From positions 1-64,000 of the forward strand of contig CBFFRQ010000080.1 of assembly GCA_965644315.1 (NCBI GenBank): a stretch of 64,000 bases of DNA, in the 5' to 3' direction. A program made the position numbers and the translations under genes. How positions within the stretch are numbered: position 1 is the first letter of the stretch; the number at the start of each line of letters is the position of its first letter. This document shows, one piece after another, positions 23,532 through 35,600 of the stretch. Source of the DNA: Caecitellus pseudoparvulus. Taxonomy: Eukaryota; Protista; Bigyra: Bicosoecida. A model generated the notes under the pieces. It saw only the letters and a list, made by a program, of their open reading frames with translations. It did no database searches and was not told where the DNA came from.

Positions 23532-26500
23532 ATGTTGGGCGGCGTCCACGCCGGCGCTCTGCTGTCGCCATGGCACACCTACCTGGCCACCATGCGGCTT
23601 CCCCCTCCACCTGTCCTCTTCTCCGCCGTCGTGTCCTGTGCGCACACCATTCAGACGACAGCCACGACTCTGCTGCTTGCGTCGGCTGCGAGCCCGAAGT
23701 CGGAGTTGCTGGGGCGAGTGGCGCGTGCCGGCGCCTACACAGTCATGGGCCGCGCCGACGTGGACATAGGCCCGGCAGCGTGGCATGCCTTCTTCCTCCT
23801 TACCCTGCTCTGGTGTGCCGTCCTGGGTGCCGCCTTGGTGTGGGTGCAGGTCAGCGGCAGGTCACTGGCGCGGTGAGTGCTGCTGCTGCTGCTGCGTCAC
23901 CCGAACAAGGGGCGCCCACACCGCCACACATCCCTGCGCCCCCCACGCACAGGTGGAACATAGCCTTCAGTAGCAAGACGCTGGATAGCCGCGCTAGCAT
24001 GCCACTCAGCATCGACCCTGGCGGCCTGCGGGCTGTCTTGGCGGCGGCGTTGCAGGTGCATCACTGGCTGCTGGCTTGGCCCATGCTCATCACGCTGCTG
24101 CGGGTCTTCATGTGCTTCCCTGCCGTGGACCCAGAGCAGGCGGCGCCTCAACTTGTGCAGCGGTGGGGCACCGCCTCAGCTGGACTGCTGGCAGGCGATG
24201 CCAGTCCGGCCTTTGCCGGCCCCGCGCCACTCGGCGAACCCGTCACCCTGGGCACCTCCTACATTCCTGCCATGTTTGGCGGCGTGCAGCAGTGCTACAG
24301 CGGCTGGCACTTGGCACATGTAGCGGCTGCCGTCCTGGCCCTGGGCGTCGCGCTGCCTGCGCACGTACTGGGGCTCCTGCACTTCGCCCAGCCACGCCCG
24401 CTGACACGGCACATCCGAGACAACTTTGAAAGCTTCGGGCAGAGCGGCCTGCTGCGCTGGACGCTGTTCCTGGACATTGGCCTGCAGGGCATGGGCATGA
24501 CCGCTGTGTCAGTGCTGGTGGACCTGCTGCCAGGCTGGCTCATCCTGCCCGGCGTCGGTGTCGTGGGCGCGCTGTACTTCGGAACCGTCACGTACTTCTT
24601 CACCAGCCTGAACCCCGTGCACGGCGCCAGCGCCGCTTTCGGCGGGCTGTACTTCACCCTCGTCGCAGTGCCCATCGTGCTGGGACTGGTGGACCCCACC
24701 GTGGACATTTCCCTTCTCACCTTGGGCCTCGTTCCGCTGTGCCTCAGCGCTGGCATGGCGGTGGCGTGGTCGCTGCAGCACACCGTCGGCGCCTCGCCCT
24801 TCCAAGCCTTCACGCAGGCAGCACACCTGTACGTGTGGGCCAACGAACGCATGCGGGATGATGTCGCCGCCGCCGTGCCACGGCACTTCGACCAGCACAT
24901 CTCCCCCACCACGGTGGCGGAGGCGGCGCACAGCGTGGTTGCACTTGGGGCGCCAGCGTGGGGGCCCACCGCGCGCCACGCCCTGCGCCGCCCCCAGCGC
25001 CTGCAGCGCTTTCTCTCTGGCCTGGCCAAGTCGCCGGCCTTCACCGCCATGGGCCGTGTGGCCAGGCTGCATGCCGACAGCGCCAGTGCCGCGCTGTACT
25101 GTGCGGCGTTTTTCGCGTCCCCCTTCACTGCCGGCGGTGCGGGGGCAGTGGGCGGCGAGGCTCGCTGGCTGGTGGCCGCCTGGCACCGCCGTGCAGCGCT
25201 GGACCACCGTCTGCACATTGCCTGCCGCCTGCAGGCGCTGCATTTTTGCCAGACGTCCCGACTGACAGACCTGCTGGCGGGGGAGGGGGTCATTCTCCGC
25301 AGCCTCACGCGCCGCCTGCGCCTGGCAGAGGGGGAGGCTGCGTACCAACTGGCCTTTGCTCTGAAGTTGGCAAGCAGCATTGGCGGGCCAGCGGACCTCA
25401 CACCGCCGCTGCAGTTCAAACTGTCCGGCGTGTGTGCGAACACGCTGCTGCACCTGCGCTCCGCTGTGTCCGCCGTCACCGCGCTGAATGCCGCCCACAT
25501 GGAGATGGCAGGCGGCGCAGGCGGCGGGGACGACGTGAATTCCAGCCTGCGCCGGCAGTGGAATGTGGACTTGACGTGGGACAAGGTGCAGTCGCTGCGA
25601 CGCGTGACACTGGAGGCGGTGCAGCTAGCAGGTCTGGACGCGACTCACCTGGCAGCGCAGAACATCGTCAGTGCCAGAACACCCATGGCCCGGCGGCAGG
25701 CGTGCGTGTTGCCCGCCGCCCCTGTCGCTTTGCAGCGCATGCGTGAGTGGGTGTACTTCCTCAGCCAGACGCAGTGGGCGTTCGAGACCAGTGACGCGCG
25801 AGCGGCCCGGTCACCCCCCCGACACGCCATGCAATTCGTCGTGCTCACAGCGGGGCCTGGGCGCAGTGGGCACGTGGTGGAGGTCAGTGCAGGGCTGCTA
25901 GATGTACTGGGGGTGCAGGCGTACGCCCTTGTGGGCCGGCACTTCACTGAGTTTATGCGGGATGCAGAGGCCGCCTCTGACTTGGCAGAGTTCTTGGAGC
26001 AGGGTGGGGGGCCCCTGCGCCAGCCACGAGTGCGGCAGTACGCCGACCCTGCCGATGGAAGTGGCGTGCGCCACGCGGTGGTGTTCGCGCTGAACACGTG
26101 GGACATGCCGGACGCTGACTCCTGGGGGGTGGGCCCACCCGTGAACCACGTCCTGCTGCTGTTCGCACCTTGCCAGGCCCCGGGGGGGGGCGCTGTACAT
26201 CTGTCCACGGCCCCCTCCAGTCCGGAGGCTGCCAAGAGCCCCGCCACATCAAGCGCACATCACGAGCGAGTCACCCCCCTCGTGCGTGCCCTGCAGTTGA
26301 CGGAGCGCCCAGACGCCAAGCACTGGGCCGCTCAGCGCATCTGGCGGGGGCAGCTGGCCTGCTGCGGCATCATGCTGGTCATTTTGTTCGGGGCGGTGGC
26401 GCCGTACTTAGTGACTGGCGTCGGCACTGGCAACGGGACGCGAGCCATCATGCCTGCCAACATGTGGCAGACCATGGCTGGCGAGGCCAGTGCTGCCACC

Positions 26501-28288
26501 TGGGCAGCCACTAGCGAAGCTCTGCAGTGGAACTCCACCGATGCCACGGGTGGCCCCGGGCCGGAGGGGGGGGGCGCAGCCCCCCCCTGCAGCCCCCTCG
26601 CCGCCACGGCTGAGGGAGTGTCTGCCACCAGTATCCGCTGGTGGCTGGCCACCACCTCCCGCCTCCGGGCAGTGCTGCAGGGGTTCTTGGGCTTCGGTGG
26701 CACACGGGACCTGGCGCTGGAGACACGCGCGCAGCAGCTGCAGACCCTGCGGGCCCCCGTGGCCGGTGTGGGCAACTTTACCGTGGCGGGGCAGGACCTG
26801 ATCCAGGCGTACTGGCTGTCGCAGGGGGGTGGCAGTGGCGCCACGGGGCGGGCCCTGACGCCCACGTGGGGCCAGTGGAACAGCACAGCCTTCACCACCG
26901 CCGATGCTGTGCAGTTCAGCCAGAAGGCGTCCCTGGGGGGGCTGTACGACAGCATCCTCATGCTGTCAGGGCTGCTCGGCGTGGGCATCCTCGCCATCAC
27001 CTTCCGCATGGGCTGCGAGCTGATGGCGGAGGAAGTCGTCATCACCACCAACATCCTGGGGGTGTGGCAGACCCTGCTGTCCGCTGACGGCCACGCCAAG
27101 CCCACCCTGCCCCGTGTGGACTCCTGCCTCTCCCGGCTCAAGCTGCGTGTGCAGCGCCTGCACTTTGGCAAGGAGAGCCTCATCTGGGTGGGGCTGGTGC
27201 TGTCCAGCGTCATGTTCGTGCTCACGGGCATCGCGCGCGCGATGGATTTGAATGACGAAGCGCAGCAGGATGAGGTCATGCTCGCGGCACGCGTCATCAA
27301 CGCCGCCACCCTGCACAGCACTGCCGCCTTCGCCCACCTGCACTGGGAGCTGCTGGCGCTGGAGCGGGGCGGTGCGCCCTCCCAGGCCGGTCTGCAGGCT
27401 GCCCAGCACCACCTGCACGGGGCGCGGCACTGGGGCATGGCGCTGCAGGTGGTGCTGGGGCCTGACATCCCATTGCACCTGCCCCACACGGACCGCCTGC
27501 GTGACGCCCTGGCACGCGCCGTGCACGTGACCCCCTGTGGCGCCCTATCACTCCTGGGCGACCCCGCCATCGCCCAGGTGCGCCAAGAGGACGACTACGC
27601 TCTGCCGGGGCTGCGTGCCTTGCCGGATGAGCCCCTGGTGCAGACTCACGAGGCCCTCTGCGGGGCCACTGCCGAGGGCGTGTTCCACAAGGGCCTCGTG
27701 GCTGGCATCGCCTGGCAGGCCGGCCAGCTGGAGGTGCTGCTGCTGGCGCTGGAAGCATGTCGCAGCGACCCCAGCGCCTGTGCCGCCCTGCCCGACTGGC
27801 GGGCGGCACTGGCGGAGACGGTGGGGCGTGTGGCCCAACACGGCGGGCAGGGTGGGCCCACCTGCCGGGGCACCCCGCACTCACGCCTGCCAGCCAACGC
27901 CAGTGTGGCCGCTCGCCGCCACGCTGACACGGCCACCATGGGCCTCGTGCACCTGCAGGCTCTGCCCCGCATCCTCACGTCGGTGCTGTTGCTGAACCAG
28001 ATGCTCATGGCCCGCCAGGATTTCGTGGTGCTGTTCGTGGGGGGGCAGATCCTGCTCATCGGCGCCTGCCAGCTGCTCTTCGTGTTCTGGTTCCTGCCCG
28101 CCACCAAGACGCGGGCGCGGGGCATGAAGTCCATGGCTGCCATACACCAGCTGCTGCGGTGGGTGCAGCAACGCACCAGGCGAGTGCGGCGCACGAGCGA
28201 GGAGTCAGCCAGGGACTGCCATGACCCATCGGACATGTCCGACTTCTTGCAGGCGGCGGGTGTGGACCGCAAGCACACCGACATGTAG
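23532..28288 (+). CDS. TmcB/TmcC (tiny macrocysts)-like multi-pass membrane protein with PAS domain
   Basis: N-terminal TM block with QCYSGWHLAHV, a helical region, PAS-like GHVVEVSAGLLDVLGVQAYALVGRHFTEFM, then two TM-loop-TM pairs. One intron near 23873-23952. Start codon uncertain. Confidence 0.65.
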
Positions 28289-28543
28289 GATGTCGTGCTG
28301 GCGCGCAGTTCTGGGCGCCTGGCCGCTCGTGCACAGTAGTTAGATTCATATGTTGCGTTGGACGGTGAGTGGGGGAGTGCCCATACACATCTGCAGGACG
28401 TAGCCTGCAGTGCCCCCCTCCCAGTACAACTCCCCAATGTAGATTTGCATTTGCTTATCAAGCTCACGCCCACACACCCCCTCCTGGGTCCACGTCAGCG
28501 CAGACTCAGACTGGCAACGGAAACGAAACGCGCAGGAAACGCG

Positions 28544-29382
28544 ATGGCAGCTTCGGACCTGGAGTTCCTCAAGGTCACAGGAGAGGTGCGCGAGCTGCAA
28601 TGGCCTGGCATTGAGTGCACTATTTGCGCCACCCTCTGCCCCTGTGTCCACAGCGGGAGGACCTGAACCAGTACTGGTACAGTGCAGCAAGCATCCAAGC
28701 CGTTGTCGGTGCGTGGCAGGGCCGTGCCCCTCGCGCTTTGGCCAGCCGCAGCACTGCCCACCTGCTCGCACCACAGACGAGGTGACACAGCTCGACTGCA
28801 GGACTGCATTCTTGTCCACGCCCAGCATTTACTTCTGCCTCCCTAAGGAGCTGCGGGCCAAGTGCATGGTGTTTGACGTGCGTCGATTCCTGGCTGGCGC
28901 TCTCGCCACCGACGCCAGCACTCCATCCCGCTCCATGCGCTCAGTTCGACAAGCAATGGAAAGACGACCCTGGCTTCGTGTTCTACGACTTCAACGACCC
29001 GACGGGGTTCCCAGAGGAGCTCCTGCACACGTTTGACGCGGTGGTCATTGACCCGCCCTTCATCACGCGGGAGGTGTGGGAGAAGTACACCGCCACCGCC
29101 AAAGCCCTGCTGCGAGAAGACCCCACAGTGCCTGTCGATGAGGCAGAAGGCGAAGAAGGCAAGGGAGAAGGCGAGGGGGAGCAGCTCAGCGCCCGGGGGA
29201 ACCTGGTCATCGCCACCACCATCCACGAAAACGCCGAGTTCATGGGGGAGTTGCTGGGCGTGCAGCCCACTGCCTGGCAGCCCAGCATTCCCAACCTGGT
29301 GTACCAGTATGACCTGTACGCCAACTTCCCCAGTGAGCGCTTTGCGGAGAAGAACCCCGAGATTCCCTCGTGGGACGACTAG
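28544..29382 (+). CDS. EEF1AKMT1: EEF1A lysine methyltransferase 1 (N6AMT2/Efm5 family)
   Basis: Four exons: EREDLNQYWYS, AFLSTPSIYF, FVFYDFNDP, VVIDPPFIT, PSIPNLVYQYDLYANF. Confidence 0.92.
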
Positions 29383-30319
29383 GGGGGGCGGACTCCGCTG
29401 TGTCGCAGTGCGCGCTGCAGCTCTGCAGAAGGTGCCAGATTCACGTGGCTGCCGTTGCTGCCGTGCAGGAGGGAGACCAGTGCGCCTGCCCGATCAAAAG
29501 CCAGAGAGCCAGCCAGTGTCCTGTGCACAGTGGGTGCGAGCACTGCTTCGCTGCTTCCTTCCATCTGCACGTCTGCTGACCACGCAGAGGGGTGTGGCGC
29601 GGTGCTGCGCGCTGCACCCACTGGCACACACAGAGAGGCACCCACTGACTCTGAGCTCAGCAGGCGGGAGAGGGCCAGGGAGTTCCACCCCGCCACGTGA
29701 GTTGAGAATGCACGCAGTCCAGCCACGTCTGTGAGTGGCACCTGCCCTTCCTCTGCCTCGGCACGCCACACCGCCACGCTGCCGACGTGCTCGATTGCGG
29801 CGCTGCGTTGCCAGGCGCGCCCTCCATCCATGGAGGAAAAGTTAACCGACTGCACGCCAGCTTGCAAGCAAGAGGCGGATGATATTCCCGCCAGCGATGT
29901 GCCGTCCATACGCTGCAAGGCTGAGCAGGCGCACCATCAAGACGGCTGCGCTGAGCAAAGGGTCACAGTGGCATTTCGTGTTAACGCCTGGGCCAGCGTC
30001 GCCACAGGCACACCGGCCTGTGCTTGCTGAAGCAGAGCAAGAGTTTCATTTTCGCGCTGCTCCAGGCCCGCCACTGCTTGCTGCTGGTGTTCGAGGGCCT
30101 CTTGCAGCTCACTGAGCTCTGCGGCAAGAAACGCCACTCGCAGTTGAGCAAGTCAACCCCGCGTGAAACTCGGCGCGGGAGCGACGCACGTTGCTGGAGG
30201 CGTCGCGTTTTGTTTGCCAGTGGAATGAACGCTGCCATGCCCAGGGCTGCGAGGGCAGCTGCAGCACACAGCATGGAGCGAGCCCACGCAAGTGCGGGTG
30301 GCGCAGGTTGGCGCGGCAT
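29379..30319 (-). CDS. Hypothetical type II membrane/signal-anchored protein with short coiled coil
   Basis: Hydrophobic segment MLCAAAALAALGMAAFIPL; two inferred introns link LSELQEALEHQQQAVAGLEQRE to ORF 29379-29918. Confidence 0.5.
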
Positions 30320-30392
30320 GCTGCCCCGTTCAGGCGAGAAGGCAGGGCCGGCTCCCAGCACCACACATGGCCAAGGGCCTCAGGGCATGAGC

Positions 30393-30398
30393 TGCATT
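30393..30398 (-). terminator. AATGCA overlapping the ASK1 stop (TAATGCA)
   Basis: Minus strand reads AAG TAA TGCA. Confidence 0.6.
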
Positions 30399-31845
30399 AC
30401 TTGCGCCGCCAGAACTGCGTGCCATCCCACGAAAATGCTCGCAGGAGGCCTTTGTCCGTCAGCAGCTTCAGCAGCAAGCTCGCCTTGCCCTGGCTCAGCT
30501 GGGTGCGCGTGGCGACGTCGGGCGCCGACAACGCCGAGTCACCAGGCGGCTGGCAGGCGTCCGCCACCTCCTCCACCTCCTCGAAGGCAAAGAGGGACCA
30601 CACTTCAATCAGCTGCTCCGCCGCCTGCCCCGAGCGGAATGGTGCCGGGAACAGGGACAAGTCGAAATCCCCTGCGCCAACTGAGCCCCCCGCCCCATCG
30701 CTGCCCTCCCCTTCGTCTTCATCTTCCGAAAACACGGCGCCAGCGCCAGCGCTGCCCTGTGCCGGCGCCGCCCCCGCCTGCAACACTCGCTGCGTCGCCG
30801 CACTGGGCAGGGGCATGTCGGGGGAGGCCAGCTCGCCACCGCCGTCCTGTACACCAGCAGTGGAGGGGGATGCCCTGGGCGAGGTGGGCCCGGGCGTGGT
30901 CGCATTGGCCACTGTCAGGTGTGGCTGTGGCAGGATGGGGCTCAGCGTGCTCAGGAAGCTCGCCGCCGAGCGAGACAGACGGAGGTCATCCCCCCCCCGC
31001 CTCGGCGTCGCCATGCTGGCGCCAGCCTCCACATCCACCAGGCCTGTGGACGCCGCGGACAGGTTCAGCTCGGCCGCAGACATGGGCCCATCGGTCCGCG
31101 CGCCCGGCGAGCTGCCACGGGGCTGCCGCAGCAGCATGGTGGCGCGGCTTGACAGCTGCGGCAGCGCAGGTGACGCCTGTGAAACGCAAGAGACGGGAGC
31201 CATGTGCGCGTGTGTTGCAGCGGGAGACAGGCGCTGCCCACCCACCCCTGCTGCCGGCGACTCGTCCACGCCAAAGAGCTGCACATCATCCTCCTCGTCG
31301 CTGGCGGCGCCGCCGTCCATGTAGAAGGAATCGCCTTCCGCCTGTGCAAAGGTCGTGGAGGGGTGCATGTTGAGCTTCACATTGCGGCTGCGCACCCTCT
31401 CAGTGTGCCTGACCTGTCGGAAAGGAGTGGCGGCAGAGGGAGAGAGGAGCCCCAGCCGAGAGCTGTCAAATTCCGCTCGTGAAGTCGGCGCTGCCGCAGT
31501 CGCTGCTTGAGCAGGCGCCGGGCTCGCAGGTGCAGCGTCCGCCTCCTCCATGGCCAGGAACTCTGCCTTCATCTGAAGTGGATTGCGGTGCGTGCAGACT
31601 GGTGACGTGAAGAGCAGAGCACGGCCGTTGGACGCCCGCAACGGCAGCCCACGCACCTCGGCGGGCGCAAAGCCCAGCAGGAAATCCTTCCATGGCACCA
31701 GCTTCGCATGGGCCTGCTTGCTGTGTCGCACTACGAATCGTGCCTTGCGAATGAGCCCGTTGAGCACTGTGTTTGCGCGCGCGAAGTTGGAATCAATGCT
31801 CTGCAGCGTGCGGGTGATGCTGGCGTCCAGCTCCTCAGCGTCCAT
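30397..31845 (-). CDS. ASK1: DASH/Dam1 complex subunit Ask1 with C-terminal winged-helix-like domain
   Basis: N-terminal EELDASITRTLQSIDSNFARAN...WKDFL matches the Ask1 signature (LEQ.IT..LQ.ID.NF...WK.FF). In-frame intron 31573-31656; long S/TP-rich linker. Confidence 0.8.
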   Translation of the reverse strand: MDAEELDASITRTLQSIDSNFARANTVLNGLIRKARFVVRHSKQAHAKLVPWKDFLLGFAPAEVRGLPLRASNGRALLFTSPVCTHRNPLQMKAEFLAMEEADAAPASPAPAQAATAAAPTSRAEFDSSRLGLLSPSAATPFRQVRHTERVRSRNVKLNMHPSTTFAQAEGDSFYMDGGAASDEEDDVQLFGVDESPAAGVGGQRLSPAATHAHMAPVSCVSQASPALPQLSSRATMLLRQPRGSSPGARTDGPMSAAELNLSAASTGLVDVEAGASMATPRRGGDDLRLSRSAASFLSTLSPILPQPHLTVANATTPGPTSPRASPSTAGVQDGGGELASPDMPLPSAATQRVLQAGAAPAQGSAGAGAVFSEDEDEGEGSDGAGGSVGAGDFDLSLFPAPFRSGQAAEQLIEVWSLFAFEEVEEVADACQPPGDSALSAPDVATRTQLSQGKASLLLKLLTDKGLLRAFSWDGTQFWRRK

Positions 31846-32073
31846 GGCGGCGTCGGCGCAGCAGGCAGGCACACGGGGCGAGCGTAACAAGATGGCATGG
31901 TCGTTCTGTTGCGTTACATTTCCCCATCTGGTGTGATGTGCGCGAGCGCAGAAGGCGTCTGTGGCCCCGCTGTGCGCCGTGAGCCCGAAGCAGAGCCAGC
32001 GGACTCGTGCCTTGCGAAGGGCAGCAAGCAAGCAGTGTTGATCATCAAGACCCCACGCGCCAGCATAGCGCCA

Positions 32074-32469
32074 TCAAGTTGCTTCCCCAGTCCGGAGGGA
32101 TGTGCGAGCGCGGAGCCCTGCTGGCATGTCGTGGCTTGGCCGGGAGTAGCCGCGGAAAACGCGCTCCCTCGAAGTCACAGCCGCTTGCTGTGCCCTGCGC
32201 TTGGCGGGGGACGTAAAGTACTGCTGAATGGCTTGTTTAGTCATAGCCCACAGGTGGGGCGTAAGGGGGTCGTTGTACATGCGCCAGGCCGTCAGCAGCA
32301 CGGGCACCAGCAGCACCACGGCCGCCACGCAAGCCAGCACCACCAGCCCTTCATGCAAGTCGTCTGAAGCCCTACGCTTAGCTCGAGGCCTGCCCTGGGC
32401 GGGCAGCGCAAGGGAGACTAAAAGCAGCAGGATGAAGCCCCATGCTGCGCCCGCCCCTCGCCCCTGCAT
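32074..32469 (-). CDS. Small protein with signal peptide and one TM helix (131 aa)
   Basis: WGFILLLLVSLALPAQG, then GLVVLACVAAVVLLVPVLLTAW; TATA-like box upstream. Confidence 0.65.
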   Translation of the reverse strand: MQGRGAGAAWGFILLLLVSLALPAQGRPRAKRRASDDLHEGLVVLACVAAVVLLVPVLLTAWRMYNDPLTPHLWAMTKQAIQQYFTSPAKRRAQQAAVTSRERVFRGYSRPSHDMPAGLRARTSLRTGEAT

Positions 32470-32511
32470 GTCTGGATGGCGCAGGCCTGCGGCGTTTCTC
32501 CTGCGTTGGAG

Positions 32512-32519
32512 CTTTTATA
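32512..32519 (-). promoter_or_regulatory. Candidate TATA box TATAAAAG
   Basis: Canonical octamer about 43 nt upstream of ATG 32469 in otherwise GC-rich DNA. Confidence 0.45.
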
Positions 32520-32613
32520 CACCTTGGCGGCACGTGCGTGGCACGGTAGCGGACGGAGTGAGCGAGTGTCCCTGCGTTGTGCAGCTACTCCTAGTGTGCA
32601 CAGCTGGCGTACT

Positions 32614-32619
32614 TGCATT
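32614..32619 (-). terminator. AATGCA immediately after the stop of the pseudo-kinesin gene
   Basis: Minus strand reads CGA TAA AATGCA. Confidence 0.6.
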
Positions 32620-35600
32620 TTATCGCAGCTCGCTCAGAGCCTGCTCTTCAGCCTGCAGTGCCGCATCTAGTTGCGAAAGGTCCGTGTGCTGGCTGGAGGA
32701 GCCCGTCACCTGGCGGCTTGAACCCAGCACGCTGGCAGACTCGCTTTCATACAGCGTTTCCAAGGCTTCCACAAACTCCACAAAGTCAATGTCTGTGTCG
32801 TGCTCCAGGTGCATGGCCACCACCAGCTCCCACGCCGCCTTGGGCGACAGCCCCGCCGCAAAGCTGCGCAGGCCCGTTGCGAAGGCTTGCGGTGGCAGGG
32901 TGGCCTCCCCCACAGCCTGTCGCGACGCCCAGTCCCGCAGGGCCGGGTGCTCGCTGCGGATGGCCGACATGAGCAGGGCATTGTGCTCCCGGTGCATGCC
33001 GGCCAGCAGCTGGCCAAAGGCGTGCGGAGGCAAGCCCCCTCCCCACGCCGCACGGGCCCAGCCCAGCACACGGCGCATGCCTGGCACAGGGTCCGCCTGC
33101 TGTCCCTCCTGCCCAGGCTCATCCCCTGCAGGGGGGACGGGCGCTGCAGGGGCTGGGGCTGGGGATGCCAAGGGGGGCAGGGCAGTGGCAGGCACGGCGG
33201 GTGCCGGGGCGGGGAACGGTGCAGCAGGCGGGGCGGGCTTGTCTGCCCCTGCGCTGCCGGTGGTGGAAGCCACCTGCGTGGCAGCCGCTGCCGCCACTGC
33301 CGCTGCCATCATGGCTGCGAACTGGGGGTCGTCCGAGGGAACTGGGTGTCTGCCTGGCTGCGCTGGGCCCACCTGCCGCGGACGCGGAGCAGAGGAGGAC
33401 GCCACAGATGCCGCCCGTGTGACGCCTGACAGGTCCCCCAGCGTCGCCGAGCTGTCCAGTGAGGGCGCCCGGGAGCGGCGGCGGGCGGGGCGACTGCCGC
33501 CGCGCCGATCTGTCGCCTTGCCAGTGCGCGCAGCGATGCGGCGCTGGGTACTCTGCCTGCGCTGCGCCAGGGACATGGTGGGCCCACCGTGCCGCCGGGG
33601 CGCAGCATGGGCCGACCCCGCCCTGGACGCGGGCGCCTGGTCTGACAGGGCTGCCTGGGCAGCGTGGCGGGAGTGGGGTCTGCCCAGGCGCTCCAGGGCC
33701 CCCGGCAGGCTCACCGCCGTGCCCAGTGCATCCGCCAGGGTGAGGTCGGTGGACGCCTGCGCCGCTGAGACGGCTGCCGTGGGTGCCGCTAGCAGCTGGC
33801 CCCACGGCACGGTGGCGGAGGGGGAGGAGGGAGCCACCAGGGGGGTGGCAGTGGCAGCCATACACGTCGCGAAGGCCAGAGGCTGCAGGGGCAGGGGGGT
33901 GGTTTCCAGGGACGCCATGAGGGTGTACCTGGCAGACCCCGGCGTGAGCGTGGCCAGGGTGGACGTGGGGCGGTGGGTCGTGGAGGGCGAGGGGGGTGAG
34001 GGGGGTGCCGACTGCACCGACCCCCCCCCCAGCCCCGCGCCGTACTGCGTGAAGCCCCCCAAGGCGGCAGTGGAGGCGGCCACGTGGGTGGGGGAGGGCC
34101 GGGCAGCAGCGCCTCGTCCGCTCCGCACACCCTCCCCGCCCGGCCCTCCACGCTGCAGCAGCTGGGGCACATCCGGCCCAGAGGTCGCCACAGTGGCCAG
34201 GCCCACCCTGCCCCCTGCCAGGGCTGCAGACAGCAGGTACAGCAGTGGATCTGCTTCGTGCACGCTGGCCCCGCGGGCGGCATTGCCGTCCAGCGCCCGC
34301 CACACACACTGCGTGACCGCAGCGTAGAGGGAGGTGGCGGGGCCGCCTGTCGGAACACCCGCCGTGGCGGGGAAGCCGAACAGACGGGGGGCGGCGGCGC
34401 ACTGCGGCCCCAGCTCCACAGCCACCAAGCTGCCTGCCTGGGAGAATGCGTCTTGCAGCTGGCTCAGACGACTGCGGAGGGGGGCGGCGGTGTCCCGCCC
34501 TCGCCGCCGCAGCAGGTGCATGCGCAAGATGCCGTGCGTGAAGCCACAGGCGGCGGGGTGGGGGGCCAGGCTGCCGGGGCCTTGGGAGTACCCCTGCCCA
34601 GCTGCCGCAGACTCCGCCACCACCTTACGTGCGGCGGTGGCCAGGGCGCTGGCGGCCCCCGCCTCGCCATCCACTTGTGCGAGGTGGGGTTGCGCAGCGG
34701 GTTGCTGCTGCTGCTGCTGGTGGTGTGGGGCGGGCCACCCTGCTCCCCCTGGAGCATGCCCCCCCACGCCGCTGTCCCCCACACCAGCGGCAGCACACAG
34801 CGCAGCCGTGGACCACTGCACCCGCCGCGTGAAGCCCAGCTCAGCACAGCGCAGGGCGGCATCCAGGGTAGGCGCCAGGACCACGTGGGGATCACTATGC
34901 AGGTCGGCTGCCGAGCAGGCAGCCTGCTCCCCCGCATGGACGCCGCCCTGCTCCCACGCCCGGCTGAGCAGGTCCACACACCGCCCCCGCGCATCCACCC
35001 CTGCGTAGGAGAGGCCAATGACGACGTCTGGGTGGGGTCCGTCAGTGGATGCGCCGCCCCCCTGCCCCGCCGCCGCCTCCACTGCGACGGCCGTGCGCAG
35101 GGCCTCCACGCCCTTCCACAGGCTCTCCAGCAGCGCGCAGTGCAGGGGCCCCACGGAGCCCTGCACAGTGTCCACCGTCGGCGCCGCCAGCACCAGGCCC
35201 GTGTCCAGGAGGCCCCCCGCCACGGCTGCTGCCAGCACCGCCAAGCCAGGTGCAGACCCGTGCGTGGCCTCAGCTGATGGCTCTTGCCGTGCGGAGTGGG
35301 AGACGGCGTCAAAGGTGTCAGGAGGGGGGGGCAGCCCCCCCACCAAGGCAGAGGCGGGGGCGGTGGCGCCCAGGAAGCGGCTGACTGGGAAGCGGAAGCT
35401 GCGAGCAGGCAGGACGGGGGCCGCCCCTCGCCCCACCTGCAAGTCGTGCGTGGTGTCCGCCCCCCCTCCAGGCAGCGAGAAGGCCCCTGGAGACGCAGGG
35501 CTGCCCCCTTGCCCACCTGCCGCAGAGGGCACCGCCGCATCCATGCCCGTGATGTCCACAGCACCCTCCACCAGCACCATGGCACCGAATGCCGCCGCGG

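Noticed and set aside
30121-30140. Apparent ~19-nt micro-intron (gtggcg..ccgcag) on the minus strand
   Set aside because: A normal ~69-nt intron with a GTGCGT donor and the same acceptor gives the correct frame.
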